Source of the DNA: Narcine bancroftii
Lineage: Eukaryota
NCBI RefSeq assembly: GCF_036971445.1
Contig: NC_091473.1
Coordinates: 129,456,001 to 129,520,000 of the forward strand
DNA: 64,000 nt
Reading direction: 5' to 3'
The position numbers and the translations under genes were made by a program. Below are positions 63,511-64,000 of the stretch, piece by piece. Below the pieces are notes generated by a model that was not told the DNA's origin, made no database searches, and worked only from the letters and a program-made list of their open reading frames with translations. Position 1 is the stretch's first letter. Each line of letters opens with the position of its first letter.

Positions 63511-64000
63511 CATTTTTCACCTGCAATTTCGCTTTCCCTATTCTTTCTGCTGATTGATAGCTTAGAGAATACTTTGAGTAGTAACATGACAGCTCCTTTG
63601 TTTCTTAAATTCAATTCAACAGTTCTGACCTTTATTGCTGTAGAGCACCTGTTTTATTGATTCTGACCAGATATCCATCCTTTTTAGAACATCATCATCC
63701 CATGTTGCTAGGAGAGAGATCTTAGAGATAATTGGTAAATTTGTGATTTAACTTAGAGCACTGCATTATAAAGATTTGGTTGTCTAAGTGTGCTCAATGA
63801 TGCTCATCCTTGGGGCAATTCTGTCTCATTTCCCCCAGTCTGGTATGAAAAGACCAAGATAGACACCTTGACATGCATGAGGTGCATGGATGAATTTTCC
63901 ACCAAAGTGCCAGGAGATTTTTTTTTTGTGAATAGCACAATTCAACCTGGAAATGGTTTTCAATGCTATTATACATGTGAATTTCTAAACAGTTAGTTTC

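Overview
Eukaryotic, repeat-dense, apparently non-coding (intronic or intergenic) DNA. The repeat repertoire (CR1, RTE, Rex/Babar and L1/Tx1 LINEs, Penelope-like elements, V-SINEs, Gypsy) points to a cartilaginous fish, probably a ray; this is inference. No host protein-coding gene is recognisable, and every convincing ORF is transposon-derived. Highlights: (1) the 5' end of an endogenous retrovirus-like element with a perfect 18-nt tRNA-Trp PBS, leader splice donor and gag-like start; (2) seven young RTE LINE copies, one with an intact 547-aa RT ORF and one 5'-inverted copy with twin-priming geometry and an 11-bp TSD; (3) many Penelope terminal repeats carrying minimal hammerhead-ribozyme motifs, some as inverted pairs; (4) a 5S-rRNA-derived SINE; (5) a Tigger4/Zombi-like MITE; (6) a decayed full-length Gypsy and at least seven solo LTRs; (7) a 202-bp non-TE templated duplication with a TSD; (8) candidate minus-strand microexons (3, 9 and 38 nt) in TE-free islands. 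Coordinates were counted by eye, boundaries of old repeats are approximate, and family names come from recalled motifs, not from database searches.
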